From NCBI RefSeq assembly GCF_006345805.1, contig NC_043012.1:40052001-40116000 (forward strand): 64,000 nucleotides of DNA. The letters are read 5' to 3'. Made by a program: the position numbers and the translations under genes. Each line of letters opens with the position of its first letter. Position 1 is the stretch's first letter. Under the pieces are notes generated by a model that did not search any database, had not been told where the DNA came from, and worked only from the letters and a program-made list of their open reading frames with translations. The DNA is from Octopus sinensis. Taxonomy: Eukaryota. This document shows, one piece after another, positions 24,290 to 37,689 of this stretch.

Positions 24290-24329
<40 letters not shown>

Positions 24330-24420
24330 ATGTATAAATATGTATAGGTGTGTATATATATATATATATATAGTATATATATATATATATATACATGTAT
24401 ATATGTATAAATATGTATAG

Positions 24421-24462
<42 letters not shown>

Positions 24463-24480
24463 GTATAAATATGTATAGTG

Positions 24481-24527
<47 letters not shown>

Positions 24528-24953
24528 CATACATGTATATGTATAAATATGTATAGGTGTGTATATATATATATTATATATACACATACATGTATATGTA
24601 TAAATATGTATAGGTGTATATATATATATATTATACATACATGTATATGTATAAATATGTATAGGTGTATATATATATATATATATATACATACATGTAT
24701 GTGTATAAATATGTATAGGTGAATATATATATATGTTTGTATATGCTTATGTGTGTATATGTCTATATATATGTGTGTGTGTGTATTCATGTGTATATAT
24801 ATTTATGTATATATGTTTATATATTATATATGTATATATATACGCATACACATATGCATATATTGAAGTGTGTGTGCTTATGTGTGTGAATTGAAGTGTG
24901 TGTGCTTATGTGTGTGAATTTATGTTAACAAATATATATATGTATGTATTATG

Positions 24954-24989
<36 letters not shown>

Positions 24990-25095
24990 TAGATAGATAT
25001 ACACATATACTCTGCCACATATACACACAGATATATTTATATATAAATTATATCTCTAGTATATGTATATAATATACATATCTACATAACATGCA

Positions 25096-25127
<32 letters not shown>

Positions 25128-25200
25128 CTATATATGCACACGTACATATCTGTGTATCTGTGTGCTCGTATGTATGTGTTTATGTATAGTCTCCTTCAAT
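24110..25200. repeat. (TA)n/(TG)n tract with a higher-order unit
   Basis: Seven copies of catgtatatgtataaatatgtataggtgt at 24323-24720. Confidence 0.9.
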
Positions 25201-25967
25201 TTTCCAAAGCACTGAAACAAATCGAAGAGGCAAATCTATAAGCTCTACTTAAACATAACCTTGTGTGTGTATGTATACATGTGTCTGTGTGTGTGCCAAC
25301 ATATATATATATATTGTATCTATGTATGTATGTATGTATGTATGTACACATAAAAATATATATACACACATACATATGTACATACATGCATATATATATA
25401 TATATATATCTTGAGTTAACTGGGGGTTTTTTTAATGAAAAAAGGTGGGGGTAAAACAACCAAAATAGAAGAAAAAGTCAGAAAATTAAAATGAATTTTC
25501 AAAAATGTCAAAAAATAAAATATAAACTAAAATTAAATTAAATCAAATTTCTATAATATAATAATATAATAATATAGAATTAGCGAGTGTAGCTTCGTTT
25601 ATGTATGTTATTATCTTTTCTAGTCTTGCTTCAAATATAAGGAATTGCTTCAGTTCTATTTTACCATTTGTTGGTTTGTGTTCAAAGATTTCCGTTCAGG
25701 AGTGGTGGGGCTGGTTGGAGTGTATATAGTCTAGTGGTGAGGAAGAGCTTTTTACATTGTTTCTATTGTATATATTATTGCTGTAATTTTTTTTCTGTTG
25801 AATCTTTTATTGTTTTATTCTTTTTGAAATTATCCTATTTTTCTATTGAGTTAACTTAAAATACATTCCATCATTTTCTTATTTTTGTCGTTTTTCTTCC
25901 TACAATTTATTTTATTTTTTCAAACAATCTCAATTTTTTGATTCTTGCTCTTCTTCATGTTATTTGG

Positions 25968-25998
<31 letters not shown>

Positions 25999-26099
25999 TT
26001 AATGTGTGTGTGTGTGTGGAGAAAGAGGGAGAGAAACAGATAGATAGATAGTCAACATTTTAAAGTATACCTTCATTTCTCTACCATGGTGTCATGTAT

Positions 26100-26315
26100 G
26101 TGTGTGTGTGTATGTCTATGTATGCATATAACATATATTTATAAATATGTATTTAAAACTATATATATATTATATATATAATATTATATATATATATATA
26201 TATATACACAAATACATATATATATATATATACACACACACATATATATATATACACACACACATATTACATATATATATACACACATACATATACATAT
26301 CTCTCTCTCTCTCTA

Positions 26316-26385
<70 letters not shown>

Positions 26386-26457
26386 CTACATACATGCACA
26401 CACAAAGAAGTATATACTCTCACGCATACTATATATATATATATATATATAGATATA

Positions 26458-26508
<51 letters not shown>

Positions 26509-26530
26509 CATATATATACATATATATAGG
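26100..26530. repeat. (TA)n/(CA)n/(GA)n tract (similar tracts at 550-830, 2235-2370, 16300-16530, 20740-21190, 32650-32900, 33620-34010)
   Basis: Direct inspection. Confidence 0.9.
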
Positions 26531-26651
26531 GACGTTTTGTTCTCCTAATATTTTCAGTCTACCTGGAATGGCAAAAAACCAAAACTGTGTTCCAGACTTC
26601 ATTAATGATCATCTTGTGAACAGCAAATAAAAATACATTGAATAACAAACA

Positions 26652-26845
26652 GGATATTTACTCTGCTAACTAATTTATGGCTATTTACACTGCTAAATAA
26701 TTTATAGTTATTTGCACAGCTAAATAATCTATTTGATATTGACACCGCTAACTAATTTATAGACATTCGACTGGTAAAATAACGTATCGATATTTACACT
26801 GATAACTAATTTATTAATGTTATTTACTTATCTAAACAATTTATT
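26652..26845. repeat. Degenerate 27-bp minisatellite, about seven units
   Basis: Consensus gatatttacactgctaactaatttat. Confidence 0.8.
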
Positions 26846-26980
26846 AATGATCACCTGTATTATGATGAAAAGAAGAATTTTTGAACTTCCTGATCCCACA
26901 CCTCAAATTGATTATTGACCTTTATCAATAAACACTTATCATTTAGAAATAAAATATCTTCATTTCTTCTCTGTCCTTTT

Positions 26981-27340
26981 CCAGCCAATACAATACTTGC
27001 AACATCTCACCACCAATGTTTCTCATTTTTATCTATTTATTTTGATGCTTTTGGCACCAAACTGTGATCCTTCAGCCACTTACATGTTGGCTGCTGTCAC
27101 CTGATCCACATAATTTTCCTGATGTTTCCTATAAAATGCTGGTAACCAATGACGTTTATATACCATTAAACCATCCATTCATCCAAATGAATCTCTGAAC
27201 CTGTTTCATTTTCCTGCGGAATGATGGTGATTCCAGTATTTCTGTCACACTGTTGCACATTAAAATATCGATAATCACAGACTCACACTTCAGACCAAAA
27301 TGTAAAGACTTATCAATTCTAAGCTCTTGGTTGCTGTCTT
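26981..27340 (-). pseudogene. Decayed Merlin (ISXO2/IS1595-like DDE) transposase fragment
   Basis: Minus-strand VQQCDRNTGITIIPQENETGSEIHLDEW..IGYQHF, then a frameshift to HQENYVDQVTAA. This resembles the Merlin core DR..TLLPII..GSTIHSDEW..GY.H..NHS.NFVDP.TG. Confidence 0.7.
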
Positions 27341-27458
27341 CGGAGAAATAATTTAACATTCTTTCACCATTATATATATATTAACCAGCAAATATTGCCT
27401 CAACAATTTAGGTATGGGTTAACGTCTATAACAACCAACTTACCTCATCTACACATGC

Positions 27459-27871
27459 CCAGAGCCGAATTAAGACCCTTAGAAGCCCTTAGCACTGAAA
27501 AGATTTTGGTATCCCCATATATAAGTAATTTAAAATATAAACAGTAATAAACTATAAAATAAGTTTTTAGTTTTCAAAACAGTAAGATCAAAAATAATGT
27601 TTATTTTTTGTATATTTCCACTTAATTTATATTTCAAAAGTTTTCACCTGCTTCTTTTAATTGCAAAGTCTTTTATCAGATCCTCAAAATTAATCTTAGG
27701 TAAAACATCTGCATCTATACTTAGTAGAGATAAAGGCATCCTGAATATTATTTTAGCAAGTTTAAAGTGATTTCTTTTGTGCTGTCAATCATTTACCATT
27801 TCTGTGGTGCCCCCTCCTTCCTTTGATGCCCTAAACACGTACTTATTTTGCATAATGGCTAATCCAGCACT
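27459..27871. mobile_element. hAT-like MITE (second copy at ~5113-5523)
   Basis: Ends cagagccgaattaag and ggctaatccagcactg; internal blocks shared with 5113-5523. Target-site duplication not evident. Confidence 0.6.
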
Positions 27872-28104
27872 GCATATATACCTCACTGTATATGTACCAC
27901 CAGTCAACTTTCTTGTTTATGAGAATCCAACTATGGAAATGAGGACAAGTTTTAAATTTTCTCAGAAACTCAGATTACAGTCTAATCTGTTGTTGATATT
28001 TAGGCAATGAAAGAAAACATTTCTTATCTACAAAGAATGTAATGTTTCATATCGTTCACAAAGACAGCAAGGCGCTGGCAGGCCTATATTTCCCACCTCT
28101 GCTA

Positions 28105-28640
28105 TGGTTTCTCAACAATAACCTCACCACACTGATCACATCTCATTGCTTTTTGTGGTGTGTCCAGAAGTTTTTCTCTACATAAAAAATACAATTACAT
28201 TTATTTTTTTCTTTCTCCTAAGATAAAACTTTTGCAGAAATCTTTCAACAGCATTGAAGCTATAAAACTGATGTTTTTGGTTTCAGATTTAGGAGACAGA
28301 ACTTGTCAACTCAGATTGGGTTTGGCATTAAAAGACTGTAGACTACAGATAATGCAGGAGACTGACATAGACCACACGATGCAATGGCAATCATATCGGT
28401 GCTTTTGCATGTATGAGAGAGTCTCTGTGTCTCTAAACATCACTGTGTATGTGTGCATGTATATAGATTCTATGTGTGTGTGTTTGTGTTTTAATGGTGT
28501 ATCAGTAAATTATTCATAATATTAGCTCAATTTTACGTTAACCACCTGCTTCTGGAACAGTAATAAAGCTTAGTTTGGACAAAATAAATACACGAAACTA
28601 ATTACTGCAATATAATGGTCTCTCGGCTGGTTTCTTCATA
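28105..28640 (-). pseudogene. Possible decayed piggyBac-like transposase C-terminal region
   Basis: Minus-strand remnants in the expected order: KKP.ETII (frameshifted), WSMSVSCII..FNA (cf. WPM.VF.N.LD.A..NA) and FLCREK..KAMRCDQCGEVI (Cys-rich tail). Heavily degraded. Confidence 0.4.
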
Positions 28641-29160
28641 ACATTGTTACTTGATCTGCAGTTTATCTGATAAATTCCTCAAACGCACACACATACAACA
28701 ACAATGCACATATGTATACAAGTATGTATGTGTCTAGGTCTGGTAGTACAAACAGGAGAAATAGTACTCAATACAAAAAGTAGAGTATATATATATATAT
28801 TATATTATATTATATTTCTACATTTATTAGATGTAAATCTATAAGTTAGTCAAGGTGTGACAGTTTCATGCACAACACTTATCAAATTAAATTATAAATC
28901 CTATACCTAAAGAGAAACTGTTATGCTTTATAAATGCAATGCCTAAAACCGTTTGCCATATAGACAGACAGACAAACACACATATACACACACATTAATG
29001 TTGTTTTTCATGGATGATTATACATAAATACGTTCAAAATCAAAACTGAACGATTGCTCGAAACATTTAAGTAAAACATTTAATATGGTTTTGCCAGGAA
29101 AATGACTTTGAAGTTTTACAGTGCGAGAACTTGGAAGTATGGACCTGGGTTTCTGTAGCT

Positions 29161-29197
<37 letters not shown>

Positions 29198-29414
29198 TGT
29201 TTGTGTATGTAGGTATATATATATATATATAATATTAATTAGAGATAAAACCACTATTATGCAACTCAAACAGTGATAGACATAAACCAATACATAAATA
29301 ACAAATAATTTGCATAATAGTGGTTTTATCTCTAATTCATATTTTATATTTATACTGTGAAATTTGATTTAATACTAAATTGAATTTTTCCCTGTAAGTT
29401 TGGAGTATACTCCC

Positions 29415-29462
<48 letters not shown>

Positions 29463-30162
29463 GAATGTATGTATATGCATATTGGTGTTCTTTGTTGTCT
29501 CGTATATATGTGTATATCTATGTATGTTATCTATGTACCTATGTTTTCATATGTCAGTATGTGTATACATATATGTATGTATGTTTGGATGCACATCAGT
29601 ATGTGTGTGTGTATATGCATGTATCTATGCATTCGTCTGCATATTTTAAAGTGTCTTATTTTGTATTTTGGTGAGTGTATACACAATGACTCTAGTATGT
29701 TTGTTTATATGAATGCATAACTCTGTGTCTATATGAGCATGTATGTCAGTGTGTATAAACATGTATTGTATACATTTTTTTACATCTGTCAGCATATATA
29801 AGATTTGAGTTCTGATGAGGATGATGTAATCTGTTTGTCCTTGTAGCTCTCCTCCCCCAGACACACATACACACGCACACATGCCCCAGCAACAATACAT
29901 GCTGGCTATGCAAAGAGGGATGGGTGTATCGGAAGCCCCATCCCTTGTCATACTGTACACCCTTACCAAACTTCTCCACCCACATTGAAATTGTTTCTAC
30001 TTTTTCTCAGTCCAAGAATATAGATCTTTAACCTGGAGACTGCTAGAAAGAGCTTCTAGTTACAAATAGATTCGATGAGAAATTACAAAACCCACATCTA
30101 AGGAGAAGATTTTATGCTTGATAAGTGCAATGCAAAATGTGCATTGCCATATTATTATATAC

Positions 30163-30321
30163 ATGCAGGAGCGGCTGTGTGGTAAGTAGCTTGCTTACCA
30201 ACTATGATTCCAGGTTCAGTCCCACTGTGAGGCACCTTGGGCAAGTGTCTTTTACTATAGCCTCGGGCCAACAAAAGCCTTGTGAGTGGATTTGGTAGAC
30301 GGAAACTGAAAGAAGCCCTTC

Positions 30322-30384
<63 letters not shown>

Positions 30385-30592
30385 CATATATATATGTGTG
30401 TGTGTGTGCGTGTGTGTCCCCTCAACATCGCTTGACAGCCGATGCTGGTGTGTTTATGTCCCCATAACTTAGCAGGTCAGCAAAAGAGACTGATAGAATA
30501 AATACTAGGCTTACAAAGAATAAGTCCTGGGGTCAATTTGCTTGACTAAAGGCGGCGCTCCAGTCAAATGACTGAAACAAGTAAAAGAGTAA
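30163..30592 (+). mobile_element. SINE-A copy with an expanded internal (TA)n
   Basis: Head at 30164, (TA)n at ~30323-30395, tail to 30592. Confidence 0.85.
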
Positions 30593-31427
30593 TGCATACA
30601 TAAATACATACATACATACATACATACATAGAAATGCATGCAGAGAGACAGAGAACTGAAACAAAAGTAAACTTGAAACAACAAGTTACCAAAGAACTAA
30701 CACTGTCGATTTTAATGACCAGGATTCCAGTCGATCCGATCAATGGATCAGCCTGCTCATGAAGTTAACATGCAAGTGGCTGAGTACTCCTCATACCCTT
30801 ATGCATTAGGAAGAGTATCCAGTCATAGACACCAAAACAGACAATGGAGCCTAGCAGAGCCCTTGGCCTTACCAGCTCTGGTCAAACTATACAACCCATG
30901 CCAGTATGGAAAGCGGATGTTAAAAGATGATGATGATGATATATGTATATGTATGTATAAATATTTATATATATGTGAGTGTATATGTAAATAAAAGAGG
31001 ATTTAGAAGTCTGAGTTCTCTCTCCTTTATTAGCTCTCCTGCAAATACCAGTTAGGACACAGAAGGGAAGTGGACAGTTTCCCTTAAAGGAAACCATTCC
31101 ATAGAAATTGAAATTCCAGGAATAATTTATTACTCACAGAGTATAATATTCAGTAAGTCCAAGAATGGAGGTTATGGTAGTTCAGAGTCATTTTGTCAAT
31201 GGAAATACATGTGACAAAGTCTCCTGCTTCATTCTTATCGCCTTTTTCATGAAAGTTCTTCCGCTAGACTTCATTGAAGAAAACTTTACAGAGATATAGT
31301 TGCAGAATCAATCAGCAAAGAAATGAACTGTGGGCTTTTGGATTTCGCTTTAGTTTTGTGTTGTTGTTTTTTACTTAGTATGACCTATCCAAAATGCAAC
31401 CATAGATACATACATATATATATATAC

Positions 31428-31459
<32 letters not shown>

Positions 31460-31979
31460 TATATATATGCAGTGTCTGTGTGTATAGGTGTATGTCTACT
31501 GTGATTGTGCAAATGTGTAGTTATACATTGATAGTAACTTCCTTTGATGTATCACAAGTGAAGGGAAGTTGTTATTTAAGCTACTGTAAGTTTGATAATT
31601 GAGTTATTTTCCTTCCGAGAAATTCTAACAGAACAACCAATATCTTCCAAATCCACATTGTATGAAATATTTCTTCACTGTCTGATATTTATTTATCACT
31701 GTTATCAATATATCAATATATTATTTATTCATTTTCTTATTTTAATATTTACAATAAAACTGAGCAGCAAAAACCAGTTGCAAAACTCTGAAAATGAGTA
31801 TGTGCGATTATTTATGACTCAATCAAAGGCATCCTGGTGGAGTCTGTGACTGAGGGATGGCTTTAAGATTTGGCAAAGAACTTGCCACTGATGACTGCAA
31901 CTCACCTCTACTTACATCTCTGTGAGTGGACCAGCTGGAAGTTAACCATTGCTGGACTGTCTATTGATAGACAGGACAG

Positions 31980-32310
31980 CTTACACCAGCATTTGGTGTT
32001 GGTACCACATAAAAAGCACTGACACTGGTACCACATAAAAAGCACTGACACTGGTACCACATAAAAAGCACTGGTGCTGGTACCACATAAAAAGCACTAG
32101 TGATGGTACCACATAAAAAGCACTGACACTGGTACCACATAAAAAGCACCCAGACTGCTCTGTAAAGTGGCTGGCACTAGGAAAGGCATCCACCTGTAAG
32201 AACCAAGCCAAAAGCAGATTTATGAAACCTGGTGCAGTTTCTGGCCTTGCCAGCTCCTGTCAAGCCATCGAACCCATACCACCATCAAAAACAAACATCA
32301 TCATCATTTA
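31980..32310 (+). mobile_element. RTE-family 3' UTR element containing a 26-bp tandem array
   Basis: About six units of ggtaccacataaaaagcactgacact (32001-32149) precede the aggaaaggcatcca core. Confidence 0.7.
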
Positions 32311-34266
32311 ACGGCTGTTAAACAATGATGACGATGATGGTGGTGATAATGATGATGGTCCTCAGCTTGAGAATCACTTTACCCTTTGTACCTGTTACAA
32401 ACTGTGACATAGACGAGGGAAGATGCAGTATGGAGAAGAACATCAAAATATGTTAGGACTGGGAATCTGGTTTGAATGATGGGCAGTGGTGGGGTTAAAT
32501 GCATCCATGGGTCACATACCATTAACCCAGTATGTTTAAAGAAATTGTTGTGGAGCATTCTCATCAATCTTTATATTTCAAACACCAGCTTTGTGTTCAG
32601 GCTGTTGTCTAAGACTGGTGCTGACATTTTGTCTTGGTAATTGGCTTTGTGAGGAGAGAGAGAGAGAGAGAGAGATAAAGAGTGGAGGAGAGAGAGAGAG
32701 CTCAAAGGAGAAAGAAATAGACAGCAAATGAGAGAGAGAGAGAGAGAGATAAGTTGTGAGAAAGAGAGAGCACAGTAGAGAAGAAGAGAGGGAGAGAATG
32801 AACAAGAAAGAGAGATAAGAGAAAGAAAGAGCAATGAGAAAGAGAGAGAAAGAGCATAAGTGAGAAAAGAACAAAGGCAAGAGAAAGAGAGAGCAAAAAA
32901 GATATTTTCAATTTCTAAAGACCATTTCAACAATTTTCATAATATCTCAATTATTTTCTAATTCTTAAGACAGCTGGAAAGTTAAAGAGGAATTTTGAAA
33001 CCAAACTTGTCTTCTGAATGACAATATCATGCACATAAACCATTCTTTTCAGTTTAATGATGAGTTTTTGAAGAAGGGAAAGTACCCAAAGCCTTTATAG
33101 CTTCTGTGAGACTGATGTGACAGGTGTATTCTTCTTAAAGAGTTACAAGTTGATGACAACTGGATAAACATGGGCTGGGAGTTTATTCCCTAGGGGATGA
33201 TGTCCTAGGGAGCGAGAAAATGGAGAAAAGTGAAGTTAGTATGAGAGATATCATGGCTGGACGGAATATGGGTAATGATAGTGACAGAGGCCAGCAAGTC
33301 AGGAATGCCAAGTGTCAGTTTGTCTTAACACAAACATAAAATGAAGTTTCTGTCTTTAGTCAAAGATTTTCGGGGGTATTTTTGCTGTTTTTTTACATTG
33401 ACATAGTATTCCACATACTTTGTGCACCGAATGAACTTTGTTTACGTAAAAAACATGATTTTTGTGTTGGAAGAATAAAATATTAAAGCTGATAATAGGT
33501 AAAATGGAATGAGGAGAATCTGATTTTGAAAACTATTGTTGGAAATGTAGAAATATATAAATATTGGGGAAAAAAACAATCTACTCAGAGAAAACCACAA
33601 ACTGAAAAGCCTCAAGATATTGTTCCTATGTGTTTATATATGTGTGTATATTCCTATGTGTTTATATGTGTGTGTGTATATTTTATTATATATCATGTTT
33701 ATATATGCATCAGTGCGTGTGTTATTTGTATATATGTGTGTGTGTGTGTGTGTATGCATGTGTGTGTTTATGTATGCATGTGTGTATGCATGTGTGGTGT
33801 GCATTTTTATGTGTGTGTGTTTACATATGCACATGTGTGTGTGTATGTAGGTATACATGCATAAGTGGATGCATTTGTATATATGTATGTGTGTACGAAT
33901 GTGTATTATGTATATATGTTTTCATACGTAGGTATCTGTGTGTATATATTTGTGTCTGTGCGTATGTGTGTACGTGTATGAATCTACATGCATGCTTCTT
34001 TGTATGAGTCTGGTTATACATGTGCATATAAGTCATAATGTGCAACTGTATATATGTGTGCATGTGCAACAATGAGCATATGTGTGCATGTGTATGTGTG
34101 TGAGGGAGAATGCATAGCAGGGTGTGGAGGTGGGGTGAATGTAGGTTTTGGAGTGAGTGTAGGTGTGGTGGGGTATGTAAATGCATATGGTGGTGTGAGC
34201 GTGGGTGTAAGGCCTGAGGGATATGTGTGCATAGTGGTGTATGTGTGGGGGGGTGATGATAGTGCA

Positions 34267-34301
<35 letters not shown>

Positions 34302-34399
34302 TGGTTATGTGAGTATGATCGTGTGGTGTGTGTGTCTGTCTTGAAGATTTTTGGTTATTTTGTATAGAATATAGTTGATTGACAACATTATGTTTCCTT

Positions 34400-34737
34400 T
34401 TTATCTTTTACTTGCTTTCAGTCATTAGACTGTGGCCATGCTGGAGCAATACCTTTGATTTTCAGTTGAATAGATTTTTTAAACCTGGTACTTATTTACT
34501 GAACCACTAAGTTAAGGGGTTCAAGGGTGGGGGGGACAAATACAAAGACGCACACACACACACACGTATATATAATATATTGGGCCTCTTTCAGTTTCTG
34601 CCTTCCAAATCTGCTCACAAAATTTTAGTTGGCCCAAGGCAATAGAAGAAGATACTTGCCCAAGGTGCCACACAGTGGGACTGAACCTGGAACCATGTGA
34701 TTGGGACGCAAATATCTTACAACACAACCATGCCTAT
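34400..34737 (-). mobile_element. SINE-A copy
   Basis: Reverse-complement tail and head. Confidence 0.75.
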
Positions 34738-34914
34738 TGTACTGCCAGGTTCTTGAGAAATGCAGCAGCATAGGATGGTGCATTGCAGTGTGGTGGCATA
34801 GTGCCATATAGGGTGAGGGTGAAGTGTGACATAGTGTGGTGTAGTGTGTTGTTGTGTGGTGTAGTCTAGCCTAGGTTGTAGTGTTATGTAATGCAGTTTA
34901 GTGAAGAATTATGT

Positions 34915-35230
34915 ACGAGGTCGACTTTGCCTTTCATTCTTTCATGGCTGATAAAATAAGTACCAGTTGTGTACTGGGGTCGGTGTAATCAACTTTCCTC
35001 TCCTTTCAAATTGCTGGCCTTGTGCCAAAATTTAAAACGTTAGCTCACCGGGCAAAATGCTTAGCAGCCTTTCATTTGTCTTTATGTTCTGAGTTCAAAC
35101 TCTACCGAGGTCAGCTTTGCCTTTCATCCTGTCAGGGTCAATAAATTAAGTACCAGTTGCATACTGGAGTTGATGTAATTGTCTTACCCTCAAACTGAAA
35201 TTTCTGGCTTTATGCCAAATTTTAAAACCA
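34915..35230 (+). mobile_element. Two tandem SINE-B copies
   Basis: Core at 34918-34975 and at 35108-35160. Confidence 0.8.
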
Positions 35231-35448
35231 GTGTTTTTGGAATGGTGGCAAAATTTTCAAGTTTCTTCCAAAGAGCAGATGATTGATAGAAATTGGTGGA
35301 AAGTCAGGCTTAGACAGGGAGGAGAAGGGTAGGGGAGATGGTCCTTTGTGATGCGAGGCAGGAAAGGAGAGAGGAAGATATCCTCAAACCAGGCCCGAAT
35401 GTTTCCAGTAGAGTGGAATCCCCTAAAACCACCCATAGTGCCAGGTGT

Positions 35449-36170
35449 TCAGCGTTTAAACTGGCCATATCAGACCCAAATATTCAACCTGCTTTACATT
35501 GAAACCAGCCAGATCTGGCCTCTTACACCTATCCAACAATGTCATTCTAAAAATAAACACTCACACCATCAAAATCTTGAAGCCACAACATAATAATATC
35601 AATAAATAAGCATTTAAACTGGCCATATTCAGCTGATATGCTCTGCCTCTTTCATACTTAAGCTGGCCAGATCCAACATCTCACTCTTACCCTACAATGT
35701 CATTCTAAAAATAAATAATCACACCATCATAATCTTGAAGCTGCAACATAAAAATGGTTTCAAATTTTGCCACAAGAGCAGCCATTTTGGGGGAGGGGAT
35801 GAGTTGATTACATTGACCCCAGTGCTCAACTGGTACTTAATATATCAACCCCTGAAAGGATGAAAGGCAAAGTCAACCTCAGCAGAATTTGAACTCAGAA
35901 CATAGCAACAGGCGCAATACCACTAACAATTCTGCCAGCTTACTGCCTTAAGGCGCAAGATAGTAATATTAATAAAAAACATTAGATTTTGACAAAGAAA
36001 TCCGAATGTTAATGCTTTGGTATTTAAACTGGTAATATCTGATCAAACATTCCGTCTTATGTTCAAACCACCCAGGTTCAGCCTCTTACACCTACCCTGC
36101 AATGTCATTCTGAAAATAAACAATCACACCATCAAAATATCACAAAGCTATGAGATAATAATTCCGGGCA
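35449..36170 (+). repeat. Three partial copies of one repeat (35449-35590, 35610-35750, ~36020-36160), interleaved with SINEs; possibly a piggyBac-type MITE
   Basis: Repeated tttaaactggccatat..acctaccctacaatgtcattctaaaaataaacaatcacacc. Confidence 0.6.
35755..35945 (-). mobile_element. SINE-B copy
   Basis: Reverse-complement core and head. Confidence 0.8.
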
Positions 36171-36400
36171 GTGAGCTGGCAGAATCATTAGCACACTGGG
36201 TAAAATGCTTAGCGGTATTTCATCTGCTGTTATGTTCTGAGTTCAAATTCCGCCGAGGTCGACTTTGCCTTTCATCCTTTCGGGGTCGATTAAATAAGTA
36301 CCAGTTATGCACTGGGATCAATGTAATCAACTTAATCTGTTTGTCTGTCCTTGTTTGTCCCCTCTACGTTTAGCTCCCTGTTGGCAATAAAGAAATAAAT
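36168..36400 (+). mobile_element. SINE-B copy
   Basis: Near-identical to 1620-1850. Confidence 0.85.
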
Positions 36401-36651
36401 AAATGATTAATTCAAAGCATATGAAAGCTAACCTGAATGTTAATAGATTAAGCCTAAAAATCAATTAAGTCTACCAATTAAATGCTCTCTCAGTTCTGAA
36501 TTCAAATCTTGCACAGGTTAACTTTACCTTTCAACCTTCCAGGGGTCAATAAAATAAAAAACTTGAACCAATATAGTTGACAATAAATTCCACCAAAGTT
36601 GGTGGCATCACGTCTATTATGGAAATTCGTTATTTCCTTACTATTTTCTGC

Positions 36652-37076
36652 CTTTTACTTGTTGCAGTTATTAGACTGCGGCCATGCTGGGGCACCACCT
36701 TGAAAAATTCTTAGTCAAACAAATCAACCCCTCTACTTAATTTTTTGTTTCTTTTTTTTTGTTTCTTTTTTTGTTTCTTTTTTTTTTTTTTGCTAAACCT
36801 GGTACTTATTCTACCAGTCTCTTTTGCTGGACTGCAAAGTTATGGCCACATAAACAGACCAACATCAGTTGTCATGTGGTTGTGGGGCATAAGCACAGAC
36901 AAAGTCATACATATATGACAGGCTTCTTTCAGTTTCCCTTTACCATATCCACCTACAAGGCTTTGGTCTAATCCGAGGCTATCATAGAAGACACTTGCCT
37001 AAGGTTCCACACACTGGGACTGAACCTGGAACCATGTGGTTAGGAAGCAATTTTCTTATCACACAGCCATGCTCAC
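36652..37076 (-). mobile_element. SINE-A copy
   Basis: Reverse-complement tail and head. Confidence 0.8.
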
Positions 37077-37689
37077 ACCTGTCCACACCTGTCCTCACCT
37101 GTGCCTATTTCGAGATTTTAGTTTCAATGACAGAACTCATCACAACATTATTTCCAGTCATGTTGATCTTGTTTTTGCTATTGTTTTGGTTGTTGTTATT
37201 TTTGTATCAATTTGGTTGTTGCTATGTTCTGGTCTCATTCTGCTTGTTGTTGTTGTTGTTCTCGTTGTAGTTCCTGCTCCTTATATTCATTGTTGTTCTT
37301 GTTGCTATTGACGTTGCTCTTATGATTGCTATTTTAATTGTTTCTAATTGTTGATTTTGATGTCGTGGGTTTGCACTTCGTTACTGTAACCATTTCCATA
37401 TTTTTTGTGATTAATCTTGTTCTAGGCATTGTTGTTGTTATTTAACCCCAGGTCTTTCCAGATTGAGTATACTTATAATCAGAGGAATTCCAGCCATGAC
37501 CATCCTGTCTCTGCATATCAGGGACTACATTTCCTAACAAATCTTTCTTTCGAAAGAGAGTAGCTTATATCCAAAAGAGATTTACTGCTTAATACATCTT
37601 AACGATTTTCTTTAAATAATGAAATCTTTTCCAAATCTCTAACTGTAAATTTAATCTAAGGTAGACATCTTTTATAGATCTACAGCTGC

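Noticed and set aside
24323-24720. Repeat-spacer layout resembling a CRISPR array
   Set aside because: The spacers are (TA)n of variable length, the context is eukaryotic and there are no cas genes.
25624-25736. Exon-like segment (ttttctag .. G|GTGAGG)
   Set aside because: All three frames contain stops before the donor.
33000-33400. Possible LINE endonuclease remnant on the minus strand
   Set aside because: Only one weak motif (FILCLC*DKL..IPD); insufficient.
33821-34344. His/Pro/Thr-rich and Gly/Val-rich ORFs (also 61689-62227)
   Set aside because: Low-complexity GT-rich or C-rich sequence that is open on both strands.
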